Below, piece after piece: positions 9,489-19,514 of a stretch of 54,636 nucleotides of DNA (positions are counted from its first letter, which is position 1; every line of letters begins with the position of its first letter). Position numbers and translations under genes: made by a program. The notes under the pieces were generated by a model. That model was not told the origin of the DNA. It saw only the letters and a list, made by a program, of their open reading frames with translations, and ran no database searches. The stretch is from an uncultured Oscillospiraceae bacterium. GTDB taxonomy: Bacteria > Bacillota > Clostridia > Oscillospirales > Acutalibacteraceae. The stretch spans positions 1 to 54,636 of the forward strand of contig URGA01000001.1 of the NCBI GenBank assembly GCA_900547275.1. The letters are read 5' to 3'.

Positions 9489-9587
9489 ATCTAAAAAGTG
9501 TTGAGAATTTTTCCATCTCAACTCTGCCTAGAGTATTATATTGCAAAATGCTTTTATTTACAAGGCATTTTTTAAGGAGAATGAATT

Positions 9588-10673
9588 ATGAACAAAAAGT
9601 ACAAAGTAGGAATCGTAGGTGCCACGGGTATGGTAGGCCAGCGTTTTGCAACTCTGCTGGAAAATCATCCCTGGTTTGAAGTAGTTTGTCTCGCAGCTTC
9701 TGCAAGAAGCGCAGGCAAAACATATGAAGAAGCAGTAAGCGAAAAATGGTGCATGGATAAGCCTATTCCCCAATCAATGAAGGATATAGTTATCATGGAC
9801 GCAACAGCTGATATCGACAAAATCACTTCTCTTGTTGATTTCGTATTCTGCGCTGTTGATATGAAGAAAGATGAGATCAAAGCACTTGAGGAAGAGTACG
9901 CAAAGCATGAGTGCCCCGTTGTTTCAAACAACTCAGCGCACCGCTTTACTCCCGACGTGCCGATGGTGGTTCCGGAACTTAATCCTGAGCATATTGAAAT
10001 CATCCCCTCTCAGCGCAAACGTCTCGGAACAAAGCGCGGATTTATTGCAGTCAAATCAAACTGCTCACTCCAGAGCTATGTTCCCGCACTGTTCCCGCTT
10101 CATGGAAAATTCGGCATCAAGCGCGTTCTTGTGTGCACATACCAGGCAATCAGCGGTGCAGGCAAGACATTCGAAAGATGGCCCGAAATGATCGATAACG
10201 TTATCCCCTACATCGGCGGCGAAGAAGAAAAGAGCGAAAAAGAGCCTCTTAAACTTATGGGTAAAATTGTCGGCGACGAAATTGTTTCAGCAACCAAACC
10301 CCAGTTCACCGCTCAGTGTATCCGCGTTCCCGTTACAAACGGTCATCTCGGTGCAGTATTTGTAGATTTTGAAAATAAGCCAAGTAAAGAAGAAATGATT
10401 GAAATCTGGGAGAATTTCAAAGGCAGAGCGCAGGAACTCGAACTGCCCAGCGCTCCGAAACAGTTTTTGCATTATTTCACTGAGCCTGACCGTCCCCAGA
10501 TCAAGTCTGAAAGAGAACTTGAAAACGGAATGGCGGTTTCAATCGGCAGACTTCGTGAAGATACTCAGTATGACTATAAATTTGTATGCCTTTCTCACAA
10601 TACACTCCGCGGCGCGGCAGGCGGCGCTGTTCTGCTTGCTGAACTGCTGGCAGCTGAAGGCTACATGGACTGA
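9588..10673 (+). CDS. asd: Aspartate-semialdehyde dehydrogenase
   Basis: 361 aa. N-terminal GATGMVGQR NAD(P) fold, active-site Cys context SNCS. RBS AAGGAGA. Confidence 0.93.
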   Translation: MNKKYKVGIVGATGMVGQRFATLLENHPWFEVVCLAASARSAGKTYEEAVSEKWCMDKPIPQSMKDIVIMDATADIDKITSLVDFVFCAVDMKKDEIKALEEEYAKHECPVVSNNSAHRFTPDVPMVVPELNPEHIEIIPSQRKRLGTKRGFIAVKSNCSLQSYVPALFPLHGKFGIKRVLVCTYQAISGAGKTFERWPEMIDNVIPYIGGEEEKSEKEPLKLMGKIVGDEIVSATKPQFTAQCIRVPVTNGHLGAVFVDFENKPSKEEMIEIWENFKGRAQELELPSAPKQFLHYFTEPDRPQIKSERELENGMAVSIGRLREDTQYDYKFVCLSHNTLRGAAGGAVLLAELLAAEGYMD

Positions 10674-10693
10674 TTTGAAGGGAGAAAATTACT

Positions 10694-11584
10694 ATGAAAA
10701 ATCCTATTTTTACCGGCGCCGCTGTTGCAATAATTACACCGATGCACGAAGACGGCACCGTTAATTATGAAGAATTTGCCCGCTTTGTTGACTGGCAGAT
10801 AGAAAACGGCACAGACGCTATCGTAATCTGCGGAACAACCGGCGAAAGTTCAACACTTGATGTTGATGAACATATGGCAGCCATCAAATGGTGCATTGAA
10901 TATGTTAACGGAAGAATTCCCGTTATTGCCGGAACAGGTTCCAACTCAACAGCAAGTGCAATTGAGATGAGCGTTGAAGCTTGTGAATACGGAGCAGACG
11001 CTCTCCTCCTTGTAACACCTTACTACAACAAAACAAGCCAGGCTGGTCTTATTGCTCATTACACAGCTATCCATGATGCAACCGACAAGCCTATTATCCT
11101 TTATAATGTTCCTTCAAGAACCGGCCTCAACATTAAGCCCGAGACTGCTCTTGAACTTTCAAAGCTCCCGAGAATTAACGGTATTAAAGAAGCTTCGGGC
11201 GATCTTGACCAGATTGCTAAGGTTAAGGAACTCTGCGGTGACGAACTTAATATCTGGAGCGGCAACGACGACCAGATTGTTGATATTCTTGACCGCGGCG
11301 GACTTGGCGTTATCAGCGTTCTTTCCAATGTTTGTCCTCAGGAAACACATGATATCGTGGCTAAATATCTTGACGGTGACAAAGAAGCTTCAAAGGCTCT
11401 TATGGACAAATATATGAAGCTTGCTAAGACCCTTTTCTGCGATGTTAACCCAATTCCAGTTAAGGAAGCAGTTAATTTGATGGGCTACAAAGCCGGCCAT
11501 TGCAGAATGCCTCTCGTTGACCTTTCAGATGAAAACAAGAAACTTATGAAAGAAACCCTTGAGGAATACGGTTTGATTAAATAA
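10694..11584 (+). CDS. dapA: 4-hydroxy-tetrahydrodipicolinate synthase
   Basis: GTTGES motif and Schiff-base lysine context GIKEASG. 296 aa. Confidence 0.95.
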   Translation: MKNPIFTGAAVAIITPMHEDGTVNYEEFARFVDWQIENGTDAIVICGTTGESSTLDVDEHMAAIKWCIEYVNGRIPVIAGTGSNSTASAIEMSVEACEYGADALLLVTPYYNKTSQAGLIAHYTAIHDATDKPIILYNVPSRTGLNIKPETALELSKLPRINGIKEASGDLDQIAKVKELCGDELNIWSGNDDQIVDILDRGGLGVISVLSNVCPQETHDIVAKYLDGDKEASKALMDKYMKLAKTLFCDVNPIPVKEAVNLMGYKAGHCRMPLVDLSDENKKLMKETLEEYGLIK

Positions 11585-11604
11585 GATTAAGGCAGGACGT
11601 ATAA

Positions 11605-12354
11605 ATGACAAGACTGATAATATCAGGCGCAAACGGAAAGATGGGCAAAGTTATCCGAAATGTTGTAAGCGCCAAGGATGACTGCGAAGTTGTTGCAGGT
11701 ATTGATATCAATACTGCGAGCGACTCATTCCCCATTTACGACTCCCCTGAGAAAATTGCTGAAGAGGCAGATGTAATTATTGATTTTTCAAATCCGGCAC
11801 TGCTAGACAGTCTGCTTGATTTTGCTGTAAGCAGAAAGATACCGCTTGTTATAGGAACAACGGGTTATGATGAAGCCCAGAAAGAAAAAATCAGAAAAGC
11901 ATCAGAAAAAACTGCTGTTTTCTTCACTTACAATATGTCGCTTGGTGTAAACCTTCTTGCAAGCCTTGCTAAAAAGGCTGTTGAAGTGCTCGGAAGCGAT
12001 TTTGATATTGAAATTGTAGAAAAACATCACAATCAAAAGATTGACGCTCCCAGCGGTACAGCTCTTATGCTTGCCGACGCAATGTGCGAAGAAATCGACA
12101 GACCTATGAAATACGAATACGACCGTCACTCAAAGCGTGAGAAACGTACCCGCGATGAAATCGGTATTCACGCAGTTAGAGGCGGCACCATTGTCGGCGA
12201 ACATGAAATTATTTTTGCCGGAAGAGATGAGATCATAACTCTCAGCCACTCCGCAAGAAGCAAAGAGATTTTCGCAGTAGGCGCAGTAAATGCCGCTATG
12301 TTTATGAACGGCAAGGAAGCCGGTCTCTATGACATGAGCCAAATGATTGATTAG
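11605..12354 (+). CDS. dapB: 4-hydroxy-tetrahydrodipicolinate reductase
   Basis: N-terminal GANGKMG and EKHHNQKIDAPSGTA signature. 249 aa. Confidence 0.95.
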   Translation: MTRLIISGANGKMGKVIRNVVSAKDDCEVVAGIDINTASDSFPIYDSPEKIAEEADVIIDFSNPALLDSLLDFAVSRKIPLVIGTTGYDEAQKEKIRKASEKTAVFFTYNMSLGVNLLASLAKKAVEVLGSDFDIEIVEKHHNQKIDAPSGTALMLADAMCEEIDRPMKYEYDRHSKREKRTRDEIGIHAVRGGTIVGEHEIIFAGRDEIITLSHSARSKEIFAVGAVNAAMFMNGKEAGLYDMSQMID

Positions 12355-12358
12355 CTTT

Positions 12359-12386
12359 AAGCCCCTGTTTCACAGGGGCTTTTTTA
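12359..12386 (+). terminator. Rho-independent terminator of the dap operon
   Basis: AAGCCCCTG-TTTCA-CAGGGGCTT followed by TTTT. Confidence 0.9.
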
Positions 12387-12404
12387 TGATTAATTTTAGA
12401 CAGT

Positions 12405-12437
12405 AAAAAAGACGGCGGATAAATTCCGTCGTCTTTT
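12405..12437 (-). terminator. Rho-independent terminator of cysS
   Basis: GACGGCGG / CCGTCGTC stem flanked by A- and T-runs. Confidence 0.7.
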
Positions 12438-12449
12438 ATTTTAATCGTA

Positions 12450-13844
12450 TTATTCTTTAGTCCAGGTTACGCCCTGAGGAGTGTCTTTTAAGATTATGCC
12501 TTTTGCTTTAAGTTCGTCACGAATCTTGTCAGCAGTAGCAAAGTCTTTATTCTTTCTTGCTTCCTGGCGTTTCTCAATAAGAGCCTCAATTTCGCTGTCA
12601 ACGTCGTTTGACTTACGGTTATAAAGAATGCCCAGAACATTGCAAAGCTCGTCAAAAAGGCCTGCGGCGGTTTCACAGACGTGTTTTGAAACGTTTTTAT
12701 CAAGAATTCTAGTGTTGATATCTTTAACGAGTTCAAATACAGCAGAAAGACCGTCAGCAGTATTAAGATCGTCGTCCATTGCTTCGATAAATCTGTCGCG
12801 GTGAGCGGCAATATCTGAAAGAAGCTGTTCATCGTCTGCGACATCTGCAGAAGCATTCTTTACGGCAAAATCGAGACTTTCACGGCAGGTATAAAGACGT
12901 TCAAGAGCCGCTTTGCACTGATTTATAATATCAAGATTATAATTAATTGGTGAACGGTAATGAGCAGAGATAAGGAAGTATCTGATTACTTCGTATCCGT
13001 AAACGTCCGCAATTTCTCTTACCGTTTTAAAGTTACCCAGCGACTTACTCATTTTTACATTGTCAACATTAATGTATCCGTTATGCATCCAGTAATTTGC
13101 AAATGAGCATCCGTTTGCGCACTCGCTCTGAGCAATTTCGTTTTCGTGGTGCGGGAAGATAAGATCCTGTCCGCCGCAGTGAATATCAATTGTTTTTCCG
13201 AGATATCTGCGGTTCATTGCCGAGCACTCAATGTGCCAGCCGGGACGTCCGTGGCCCCAGGGAGACTCCCAGTAAGGCTCACCTTCTTTGGCCGCTTTCC
13301 AGAGAGCGAAATCAAGCGGATCTTCCTTCTGTTCACCTACGGCAATACGAGCGCCGCTTTCAAGATCCTCGATTGGCTGGTGAGAAAGTTTGCCGTAATT
13401 TTTGTCCATTCTTGTTCTGAAATAAACGTCTCCGTTTACTGCATAGGCGTAACCTTTTTCTTCGAGCGTTTTTATTATATCGATAATTTCATCAATGTTT
13501 TCCGTAGCTTTAGGATGAACTGCGGCGTCTTTAAAATTAAGGCCGTGGGCGTCTATCCAGAACTCATTGATGTATTTTTCCGAAATTTCCTTGTAAGTCT
13601 TTCCTTCTTCGTTTGCGCGATTAATAATCTTATCGTCAATATCGGTAAAATTCTGAACGAATTTAACTTTCATACCACGGTATTCAAGATATCTGCGCAG
13701 AACGTCAAAAACACACAGCGGACGTGCGTTACCTATATGAATATAGTTATAAACAGTAGGTCCGCAGGCATAAATCTTTACTTCATTCGGGTCCTGAGGA
13801 ACAAATTCCTCTTTCTGTCTTGTTAAAGTATTAAATATTTTCAT
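12450..13844 (-). CDS. cysS: Cysteine--tRNA ligase
   Basis: HIGNARP (HIGH) and KMSKS motifs. 464 aa. The start overlaps the cysE stop (ATGA). Confidence 0.95.
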   Translation of the reverse strand: MKIFNTLTRQKEEFVPQDPNEVKIYACGPTVYNYIHIGNARPLCVFDVLRRYLEYRGMKVKFVQNFTDIDDKIINRANEEGKTYKEISEKYINEFWIDAHGLNFKDAAVHPKATENIDEIIDIIKTLEEKGYAYAVNGDVYFRTRMDKNYGKLSHQPIEDLESGARIAVGEQKEDPLDFALWKAAKEGEPYWESPWGHGRPGWHIECSAMNRRYLGKTIDIHCGGQDLIFPHHENEIAQSECANGCSFANYWMHNGYINVDNVKMSKSLGNFKTVREIADVYGYEVIRYFLISAHYRSPINYNLDIINQCKAALERLYTCRESLDFAVKNASADVADDEQLLSDIAAHRDRFIEAMDDDLNTADGLSAVFELVKDINTRILDKNVSKHVCETAAGLFDELCNVLGILYNRKSNDVDSEIEALIEKRQEARKNKDFATADKIRDELKAKGIILKDTPQGVTWTKE

Positions 13845-14482
13845 TTTATCTGCTCCTTTAGTTTTTCTATTTCTTCTTTAAGCATTTCTATTTTTGCTTC
13901 GTTGTTATGAATAGCATTCATTACGGGATCAGGGATATTTATCTGGTCAAGATCGTCAACTCGTTCGCCGTTCATTCTTACCACTTCTCCGGGAACGCCT
14001 ACAACTGTACAGTTAGGCTCAACGTCCTTAACCACTACTGCACCGGCGGCTACTTTTGAGTTACGACCGATTGTAATAGGTCCGAGAACTTTTGCGCCGG
14101 AGCCTATCATAACACCGCTTTCAATGGTGGGATGACGTTTTCCTAAATCTTTGCCCGTACCGCCCAGGGTTACGCCCTGATAAATCATTACGTCGTCGCC
14201 GATTTCAGTTGTTTCGCCGATGACTATTCCGCTTCCGTGGTCAATACATACGCGGCGGCCTATTTTTGCTCCGGGATGAATTTCTATTCCCGTTTTATGA
14301 GCTGTTCTCTGGCTTATCATACGCGCAAGAAAAGGCATATTGTGGTTGAGAAACCACTGTGCCTTGCGGTGACTTCTGAGAGCCTTAAAACCTGGATACA
14401 GGAGCACTATTTCAATCGGGCTTCTTGCCGCAGGGTCGTGCTCCATAAAGCACTTTATATCCTCTTTATATCTGTCAAACAT
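13841..14482 (-). CDS. cysE: Serine O-acetyltransferase
   Basis: Left-handed beta-helix hexapeptide repeats (GIEIHPGAKIG, DHGSGIVIGETTEIGDDV). ATG at 14482 follows GGAGGTG; the track ORF starts 33 nt upstream. Confidence 0.9.
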   Translation of the reverse strand: MFDRYKEDIKCFMEHDPAARSPIEIVLLYPGFKALRSHRKAQWFLNHNMPFLARMISQRTAHKTGIEIHPGAKIGRRVCIDHGSGIVIGETTEIGDDVMIYQGVTLGGTGKDLGKRHPTIESGVMIGSGAKVLGPITIGRNSKVAAGAVVVKDVEPNCTVVGVPGEVVRMNGERVDDLDQINIPDPVMNAIHNNEAKIEMLKEEIEKLKEQIK

Positions 14483-14485
14483 TGA

Positions 14486-14750
14486 GCACCTCCAAAAAAA
14501 ATATGCCCCTGTCAAAATGACAGAGGCAATAGAAATACTGCGGTTCCACTCTTATTTATACTCAAGCTCTAATTGAGCCTTTTGCCTGTAACGGGGCCTT
14601 ATCCGTCGCAGAATACTGTTAATTCCTCTGCGAAGCTCCGGGGTGCATTTCGCCGCTCCTCATCATACGGATGTTTCACCATATCATCCGCTCTCTTTCT
14701 GACCGGTGCGCAGTTACTTCTCCCCATCAGTGCTTTTTCATATTAAATTC
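14486..14750 (-). promoter_or_regulatory. T-box riboswitch leader, cysteine-specific (UGC specifier)
   Basis: Minus strand shows the specifier-loop context GCGAAA-UGC-ACCC (UGC at 14645-14647) and the T-box core GAGUGGAACCGCAG (about 14537-14550). The terminator is GCCUCUGUCA-UUU-UGACAGGGGC followed by AUAU and a run of eight U (14494-14527). It sits directly upstream of cysE-cysS. Confidence 0.8.
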
Positions 14751-14756
14751 AATATC

Positions 14757-14784
14757 ATTATAGCAAATAAAAACAATTTTGCAA
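14757..14784 (-). promoter_or_regulatory. Sigma-A-type promoter for the T-box/cysE-cysS transcript
   Basis: Minus strand TTGCAA (14784-14779), 16-nt spacer, TATAAT (14762-14757). Confidence 0.5.
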
Positions 14785-14787
14785 CTG

Positions 14788-15354
14788 TTATTTTGTTTTA
14801 ATCAGATGCCAGCCGTCTTTTGCATAAACAAGTCCGGAAAGCAATGTAATAACACCTACTATCCAAAACGCGACAGTACAGTAAACATTGAGCCAGCCTG
14901 TTGACGGATCAATATCTGCTTTTCCCTCGCCGATAGCAAGAAGCAAATAGGTCATACCTGTTGTTGACATCTGCAAGAAAGTCTTAGCTTTGCCAAATTT
15001 ATTGGCGGCAACAACTTCTCCTTCGGCAGCTGCTGCCATTCTTATTCCTGCTACAAGGAATTCACGGGCAAGCATCAGCATGATAACAAGATCAGTATGC
15101 CATCCCATGTTTACAAAAACAAGAAACGCCGCAAATACAAGGGATTTGTCTGAAAGCGGATCCATAAGTTTACCGAAATCAGTAACAAGTCCGTTTTTTC
15201 TGGCAATATAACCGTCGACCTTATCGCTCATGCACGCCACAAAATAAATTACAAGGGCAACAGACCAGTGATAAGGAAATTCTATCAGAGAAGCTGCAAG
15301 CAAAAACGGAATGCAGACAAATCGAAAAACAGTAATTTTATTAGGTAAATTCAT
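14788..15354 (-). CDS. pgsA: CDP-diacylglycerol--glycerol-3-phosphate 3-phosphatidyltransferase
   Basis: CDP-alcohol phosphatidyltransferase motif DKVDGYIARKNGLVTDFGKLMDPLSD. ATG at 15354 (MNLPNK) follows GGAGAA. Confidence 0.9.
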   Translation of the reverse strand: MNLPNKITVFRFVCIPFLLAASLIEFPYHWSVALVIYFVACMSDKVDGYIARKNGLVTDFGKLMDPLSDKSLVFAAFLVFVNMGWHTDLVIMLMLAREFLVAGIRMAAAAEGEVVAANKFGKAKTFLQMSTTGMTYLLLAIGEGKADIDPSTGWLNVYCTVAFWIVGVITLLSGLVYAKDGWHLIKTK

Positions 15355-15355
15355 T

Positions 15356-16669
15356 TTAACATTCTCCAATCAAATCATAGCCTTCTGTACCGGTAACGGT
15401 AACATCAGCAAAATCACCGTTTTGCAGCTTTTCATTGCTGGTGAAAATGATATTGCTGTCAATCTCAGGCGAGTCGAAGTAACAGCGCCCGATATAACGG
15501 CCGTTTTCAAAGCCGTCAACAATTGTTTTATACGTCTTCCCTACCCTACGGCTGTTACAGCATTCTGTAACTTCATACTGAATGTTCATCAGCGTTTCGG
15601 CGCGTTCTTTTTTTACCTTTTCGTCAATCTGGTTCGGAAAAGATGCGGATTTCGTACCTTCTTCAGGGCTGTATGTAAAACATCCCATTTTATCAAACTT
15701 CATTTCGCGCACAAATCTGCAAAGTTCCGTAAACTGTTCTTCAGTTTCGCCCGGGAAGCCCACCATAAACGTTGTGCGAAGAGCAAGATCAGGAATACGG
15801 CTTCTCATATTTTCAATCAGTTTTTTGAGCGTATCGTAAGAGCCATATCTGTTCATTGATTTAAGAATGTCTCCGTTGCAGTGCTGAAGCGGTATGTCAA
15901 TATAAGAACATATTTTTTCCTCGCTTGCAATTACATCAATGAGTTCATCGGTGATGTGATCAGGATAACAGTAGTACATTCTTATCCATTCAATGCCGTC
16001 TATCTTAACAAGCTCTCTGAGAAGTTCAGAAAGCATATATTTTTTGTAGATATCTTTACCGTAAAGCGAAGTATCCTGGGCTACAAGTATAAGTTCTTTT
16101 ACACCTTTTGACGCAAGTTCTTTAGCCTCTTCAACAACATTTTCAATCTTTCGGGATCTGAACGGTCCTCTGATTGACGGAATAGCGCAGTAAGAACAGC
16201 AGTTTGAACAGCCTTCGCTGATTTTCAGATAAGCCCAGTGAGGCGGTGTAGAAAGCATTCTTCCTCCCTCAAGGGGAAGTAAGTTCTTTTTTGGAAAAAG
16301 ATTTGTTGTAACGCCGCACAGAGCTTTTTGGCAAACTTTTACAATGTCCTTATTAGCCCCAATACCGATAACAGCGTCAACTTCAGGAATTTCTTTCATC
16401 ACTTCGTCTTGGTAACGTTCAGCAAGGCATCCTGTTACAACGATGGCTGAAATTATTCCCGCTTCCTTGTACTGAGCAACTTCAAGTATTGTATCTATTG
16501 CTTCACGCTTTGCGTCGTCAATGAAGCCGCAGGTGTTTATAATAACTAAATCGCTTTCTTCAATGGAAGAAACAATTTCAAATCCGGCTTTATTCAGTTT
16601 GTCTAGCAGCATTTCACCGTCTACCTGATTTTTCGGACAGCCCAGTGAAATCATACCAATTTTATTCAT
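15356..16669 (-). CDS. rimO: Ribosomal protein S12 methylthiotransferase
   Basis: N-terminal MISLGCPKN (UPF0004 domain), radical-SAM CSNCCSYC (CxxxCxxC) and a C-terminal TRAM-like domain. The start choice among ATGs at 16669-16678 is uncertain. Confidence 0.88.
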   Translation of the reverse strand: MNKIGMISLGCPKNQVDGEMLLDKLNKAGFEIVSSIEESDLVIINTCGFIDDAKREAIDTILEVAQYKEAGIISAIVVTGCLAERYQDEVMKEIPEVDAVIGIGANKDIVKVCQKALCGVTTNLFPKKNLLPLEGGRMLSTPPHWAYLKISEGCSNCCSYCAIPSIRGPFRSRKIENVVEEAKELASKGVKELILVAQDTSLYGKDIYKKYMLSELLRELVKIDGIEWIRMYYCYPDHITDELIDVIASEEKICSYIDIPLQHCNGDILKSMNRYGSYDTLKKLIENMRSRIPDLALRTTFMVGFPGETEEQFTELCRFVREMKFDKMGCFTYSPEEGTKSASFPNQIDEKVKKERAETLMNIQYEVTECCNSRRVGKTYKTIVDGFENGRYIGRCYFDSPEIDSNIIFTSNEKLQNGDFADVTVTGTEGYDLIGEC

Positions 16670-17273
16670 CGTCATCATTCTCAAATCTGTAAAATGCTGA
16701 TTTAATATCGCTGTAAGTAAAGCCTTTTCTCATAAGTGCGGCAGTAACTTTTTCCCTGCCGTTATCTTGTAGAAGCTTCGTTCTGTATTTACCTTCAATA
16801 AGGGCAAGAGCATTTTTTACGTTATCCGGTTCATCATCTTCCAGCAACTGCTGAACAATGTCTCTGTCAATTCCGCGGCGAAAGCACTCCTGTCTGACAT
16901 GAGATGCGGAATAATGTTTTGTCTCAAAAAGATACTTAACGAGATTTCTTGCGTATTTCTCATCATCAAGATATCCGAATTCAAGCATTTTTTCAATGGC
17001 TTTGTCAGCACTGACGGGATCTGATGTACGAATAAGCTTGTCACGGAGTTCCTTTATGGAGTGATCCCGACGTGAAAGCAGATCAGCCGCCTTGTTGACA
17101 GCCTTTCGATACTGAATTGCACTAAGCAATTCGTTCCATTCGTCCTCGTCAATTTCCGTTCCGTCCTTAATGTAATGTTCAGCCCAGAAATCAGCGTCGG
17201 TAGTAGCCTGATACTCGCCGTCAATAAGAAGATGAATTTTTTTGCCTCTGCCCTTTTGGTGGGTAATAATCAT
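16662..17273 (-). CDS. recX: Recombination regulator RecX
   Basis: 203 aa helical-repeat protein directly after recA (1-nt overlap). Typical RecX pattern (RRDHSIKELRDKL..., repeated ...YLDD.. helices). Confidence 0.85.
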   Translation of the reverse strand: MIITHQKGRGKKIHLLIDGEYQATTDADFWAEHYIKDGTEIDEDEWNELLSAIQYRKAVNKAADLLSRRDHSIKELRDKLIRTSDPVSADKAIEKMLEFGYLDDEKYARNLVKYLFETKHYSASHVRQECFRRGIDRDIVQQLLEDDEPDNVKNALALIEGKYRTKLLQDNGREKVTAALMRKGFTYSDIKSAFYRFENDDDE

Positions 17274-18403
17274 TATTCGTCGTCATCCTCAACAGCAATA
17301 TCAAGTTTTGCTCTGGCGGCTGCTCTTGTCTGTTTAGCAGTGTCTGCAACGGCAGGTTCTGTTTCAGCTTTAGGAGCGGCTTTGGGCTGATATTTCTGAT
17401 TTGAGGTCTCCTGAATTTCCGCCATTTTCTCTTTGATTTCTTCTTCAAGCTGTGCGGCAAACTCAGGCTCATCTTTAATAACCTGTTTTACGTTGTCACG
17501 GCCCTGTCCGAGACGTCTGTCTTTGTATGAGAACCAGGAGCCGCCTTTCTTGATAATGCCGTATTCAACGCCCATATCAAGGATTTCGCCTTCTTTGCTG
17601 ATACCGGTTCCATACATAATATCGAACTCGGCCTGCTTAAACGGAGGCGCTACTTTGTTTTTAACAATCTTGGCTCTTGTTCTTGAACCGACAAATTCAT
17701 TTCCCGGAGCCTTGAGCTGTTCAATTTTGCGAACATCAATACGCATGGAAGCGTAGAATTTCAGAGCACGTCCGCCGGTTGTAACTTCCGGGTTGCCGTA
17801 AATTACGCCGACTTTTTCACGAAGCTGGTTGATGAATAAAATAAGGCAGTTAGACTTGTTGATAGCGCCTGTAAGTTTACGAAGCGCCTGGCTCATAAGT
17901 CTTGCATGAAGACCTACATGGGAATCGCCCATTTCACCGTCAATTTCAGAACGAGGAACGAGTGCCGCAACAGAGTCAACTACAATAATGTCTACAGCGC
18001 CTGAACGAACGAGCTGTTCCGTAATTTCCAGTGCCTGCTCACCGTAGTCCGGCTGAGAAACGAGAAGAGAGTCAACGTCAACACCGAGATTAGAAGCGTA
18101 AATCGGGTCAAGAGCATGCTCAGCGTCAATAAACGCAGCAACGCCGCCGGTTTTCTGAGCCTCTGCAACGCAGTGAAGAGCAAGGGTTGTTTTACCGCTT
18201 GATTCAGGTCCGTATATCTCAACGATTCTTCCCTTCGGCAAACCGCCGATACCGGTAGCGATATCAAGAGAAAGCGAGCCTGTTGATATAGCGTCAACAT
18301 TAAGATGACTGTTTTCTCCGAGGCGCATAATAGCGCCGTCGCCGTATTGCTTTTTTATTTGTTTCATTGCCGCTTCAAGAGCGGTCTGTCTGTTATCTGC
18401 CAT
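17273..18403 (-). CDS. recA: Recombinase RecA, with an A/K/E-rich C-terminal extension of about 45 aa
   Basis: Walker [10 protein letters not shown] and the canonical RecA core throughout. 376 aa. Confidence 0.97.
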   Translation of the reverse strand: MADNRQTALEAAMKQIKKQYGDGAIMRLGENSHLNVDAISTGSLSLDIATGIGGLPKGRIVEIYGPESSGKTTLALHCVAEAQKTGGVAAFIDAEHALDPIYASNLGVDVDSLLVSQPDYGEQALEITEQLVRSGAVDIIVVDSVAALVPRSEIDGEMGDSHVGLHARLMSQALRKLTGAINKSNCLILFINQLREKVGVIYGNPEVTTGGRALKFYASMRIDVRKIEQLKAPGNEFVGSRTRAKIVKNKVAPPFKQAEFDIMYGTGISKEGEILDMGVEYGIIKKGGSWFSYKDRRLGQGRDNVKQVIKDEPEFAAQLEEEIKEKMAEIQETSNQKYQPKAAPKAETEPAVADTAKQTRAAARAKLDIAVEDDDE

Positions 18404-18433
18404 ATGGTCTCCTCCCTGATAATCATTATTCTA

Positions 18434-18462
18434 ATTATATTATATATAAAGGATAAAATCAA
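18434..18462 (-). promoter_or_regulatory. Sigma-A-type promoter of recA
   Basis: Minus strand TTGATT (18462-18457), 17-nt spacer, TATAAT (18439-18434). Confidence 0.5.
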
Positions 18463-18521
18463 CATTTAACTTTTGACAGGGTCATATTTTGACGTATTTT
18501 TAATTTTTAGTTAAAAAATAC

Positions 18522-18550
18522 TTGCAATTTGTGCGGATGTGTGATATTAT
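18522..18550 (+). promoter_or_regulatory. Sigma-A-type promoter of rpmB
   Basis: TTGCAA (18522-18527), 17-nt spacer, extended -10 TGaTATTAT (18542-18550). Confidence 0.55.
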
Positions 18551-18585
18551 ATCCGCGTTGTAAATTTGTAAGGAGGTGTTCGCAC

Positions 18586-18771
18586 ATGGCAAAATGTGAA
18601 TACTGCGGTAAAGAAATGTCTTTCGGCATCAAGGTTTCTCATTCACACAGACGTTCAAACAGAACCTGGAAACCCAACATCAAGAAGGTTAAGGCTATTG
18701 TAAACGGCTCTCCTAAAAGAGTTTACGTTTGCACAAGATGTCTCCGCTCCGGTAAGGTTGAAAGAGCGTAA
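18586..18771 (+). CDS. rpmB: 50S ribosomal protein L28
   Basis: MAKCEYCGK...SHSHRRSNRTWKPN pattern. ATG at 18586 follows AGGAGGTG; the track ORF has a spurious upstream extension. Confidence 0.95.
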   Translation: MAKCEYCGKEMSFGIKVSHSHRRSNRTWKPNIKKVKAIVNGSPKRVYVCTRCLRSGKVERA

Positions 18772-18786
18772 TTCTTTCCAAAATGA

Positions 18787-18818
18787 AAACCGCTGTAATA
18801 CAGCGGTTTGTTTTTTTA
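18787..18818 (+). terminator. Rho-independent terminator of rpmB
   Basis: AAACCGCTG-TAATA-CAGCGGTTT followed by GTTTTTTT. Confidence 0.9.
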
Positions 18819-18834
18819 TAAAAATATAAGTACA

Positions 18835-18866
18835 AAAGCAGGGATTGTCTTCCCTGCTTTTTCTTT
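18835..18866. terminator. Terminator hairpin downstream of plsY (minus strand)
   Basis: AAAGCAGGGA-TTGTCT-TCCCTGCTTT with T-runs on both strands. Confidence 0.8.
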
Positions 18867-18869
18867 TAT

Positions 18870-19514
18870 CTATTGAGATCTTTTATCTTCGCTCTTTTTT
18901 GAAAAAGAAATCTTTGACTCGGTTCCGTTAATCAGTTTCTTAATGTTGGTTCTGTGAGCAACAATAACAATGACCGCAAATACTGCGGATATAACGGTAA
19001 TCCAAAGAGAACGGTAAAATGCGAACATCAAAATCGGATAAAGCACCGCCATAATTATTGAACCCAGCGAAACCCACTTGGTAATCGCTACAGTAATTAT
19101 AAATACGGCAAGCAGTATCAATCCGATGCGCCAGTCAATCATAAAGACCATACCACCGCATGTAGCGACACCCTTTCCGCCCTTAAAATTAAAATAGCAA
19201 GGAAAGATGTGACCTAAAACGCAAAACAAACCTGCAAATGATTTAATGAAAATAACATAACCGTTATAATCTTCGGCTCCGATTATAAATCTAGCGATAA
19301 TAATTGCAACGGCTACCTTAAGCATATCGCCTATTATTGTAAGCGCGGCCATTTTTTTGCCGTAACTTCTGAGCATGTTTGTAGAGCCTGCGTTTCCGCT
19401 TCCGTGATGTCTTACATCATCTTTATCAATTTTTCGCGAAAGGATAATACCGAAATTGACGCTGCCTAAAAGATATGACAAAACGGCAATGAGCACAAGT
19501 TTTACTGCTATCAC
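18870..19514 (-). CDS. plsY: Glycerol-3-phosphate acyltransferase PlsY
   Basis: Polytopic membrane protein of 214 aa with the GSGNAGSTN motif. The start overlaps the der stop. Confidence 0.9.
   Translation of the reverse strand: MIAVKLVLIAVLSYLLGSVNFGIILSRKIDKDDVRHHGSGNAGSTNMLRSYGKKMAALTIIGDMLKVAVAIIIARFIIGAEDYNGYVIFIKSFAGLFCVLGHIFPCYFNFKGGKGVATCGGMVFMIDWRIGLILLAVFIITVAITKWVSLGSIIMAVLYPILMFAFYRSLWITVISAVFAVIVIVAHRTNIKKLINGTESKISFSKKSEDKRSQ

Noticed and set aside
9439-9587. Lysine (L-box) riboswitch upstream of asd-dapA-dapB
   Set aside because: The leader is only about 95 nt and lacks the multi-helix L-box architecture. It is kept only as a low-interest possible attenuator.
13146-13826. 226-aa plus-strand ORF
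   Set aside because: It is antisense to cysS, whose HIGH and KMSKS motifs make the minus-strand call unambiguous.
15311-15859. 182-aa plus-strand ORF
   Set aside because: It is antisense to rimO/pgsA and is a shadow ORF.
18404-18528. LexA/Cheo box (GAAC-N4-GTTC type) upstream of recA
   Set aside because: There is no GAAC...GTTC-like palindrome in the recA promoter region on either strand. Only a plain TTGATT-17-TATAAT promoter was found.
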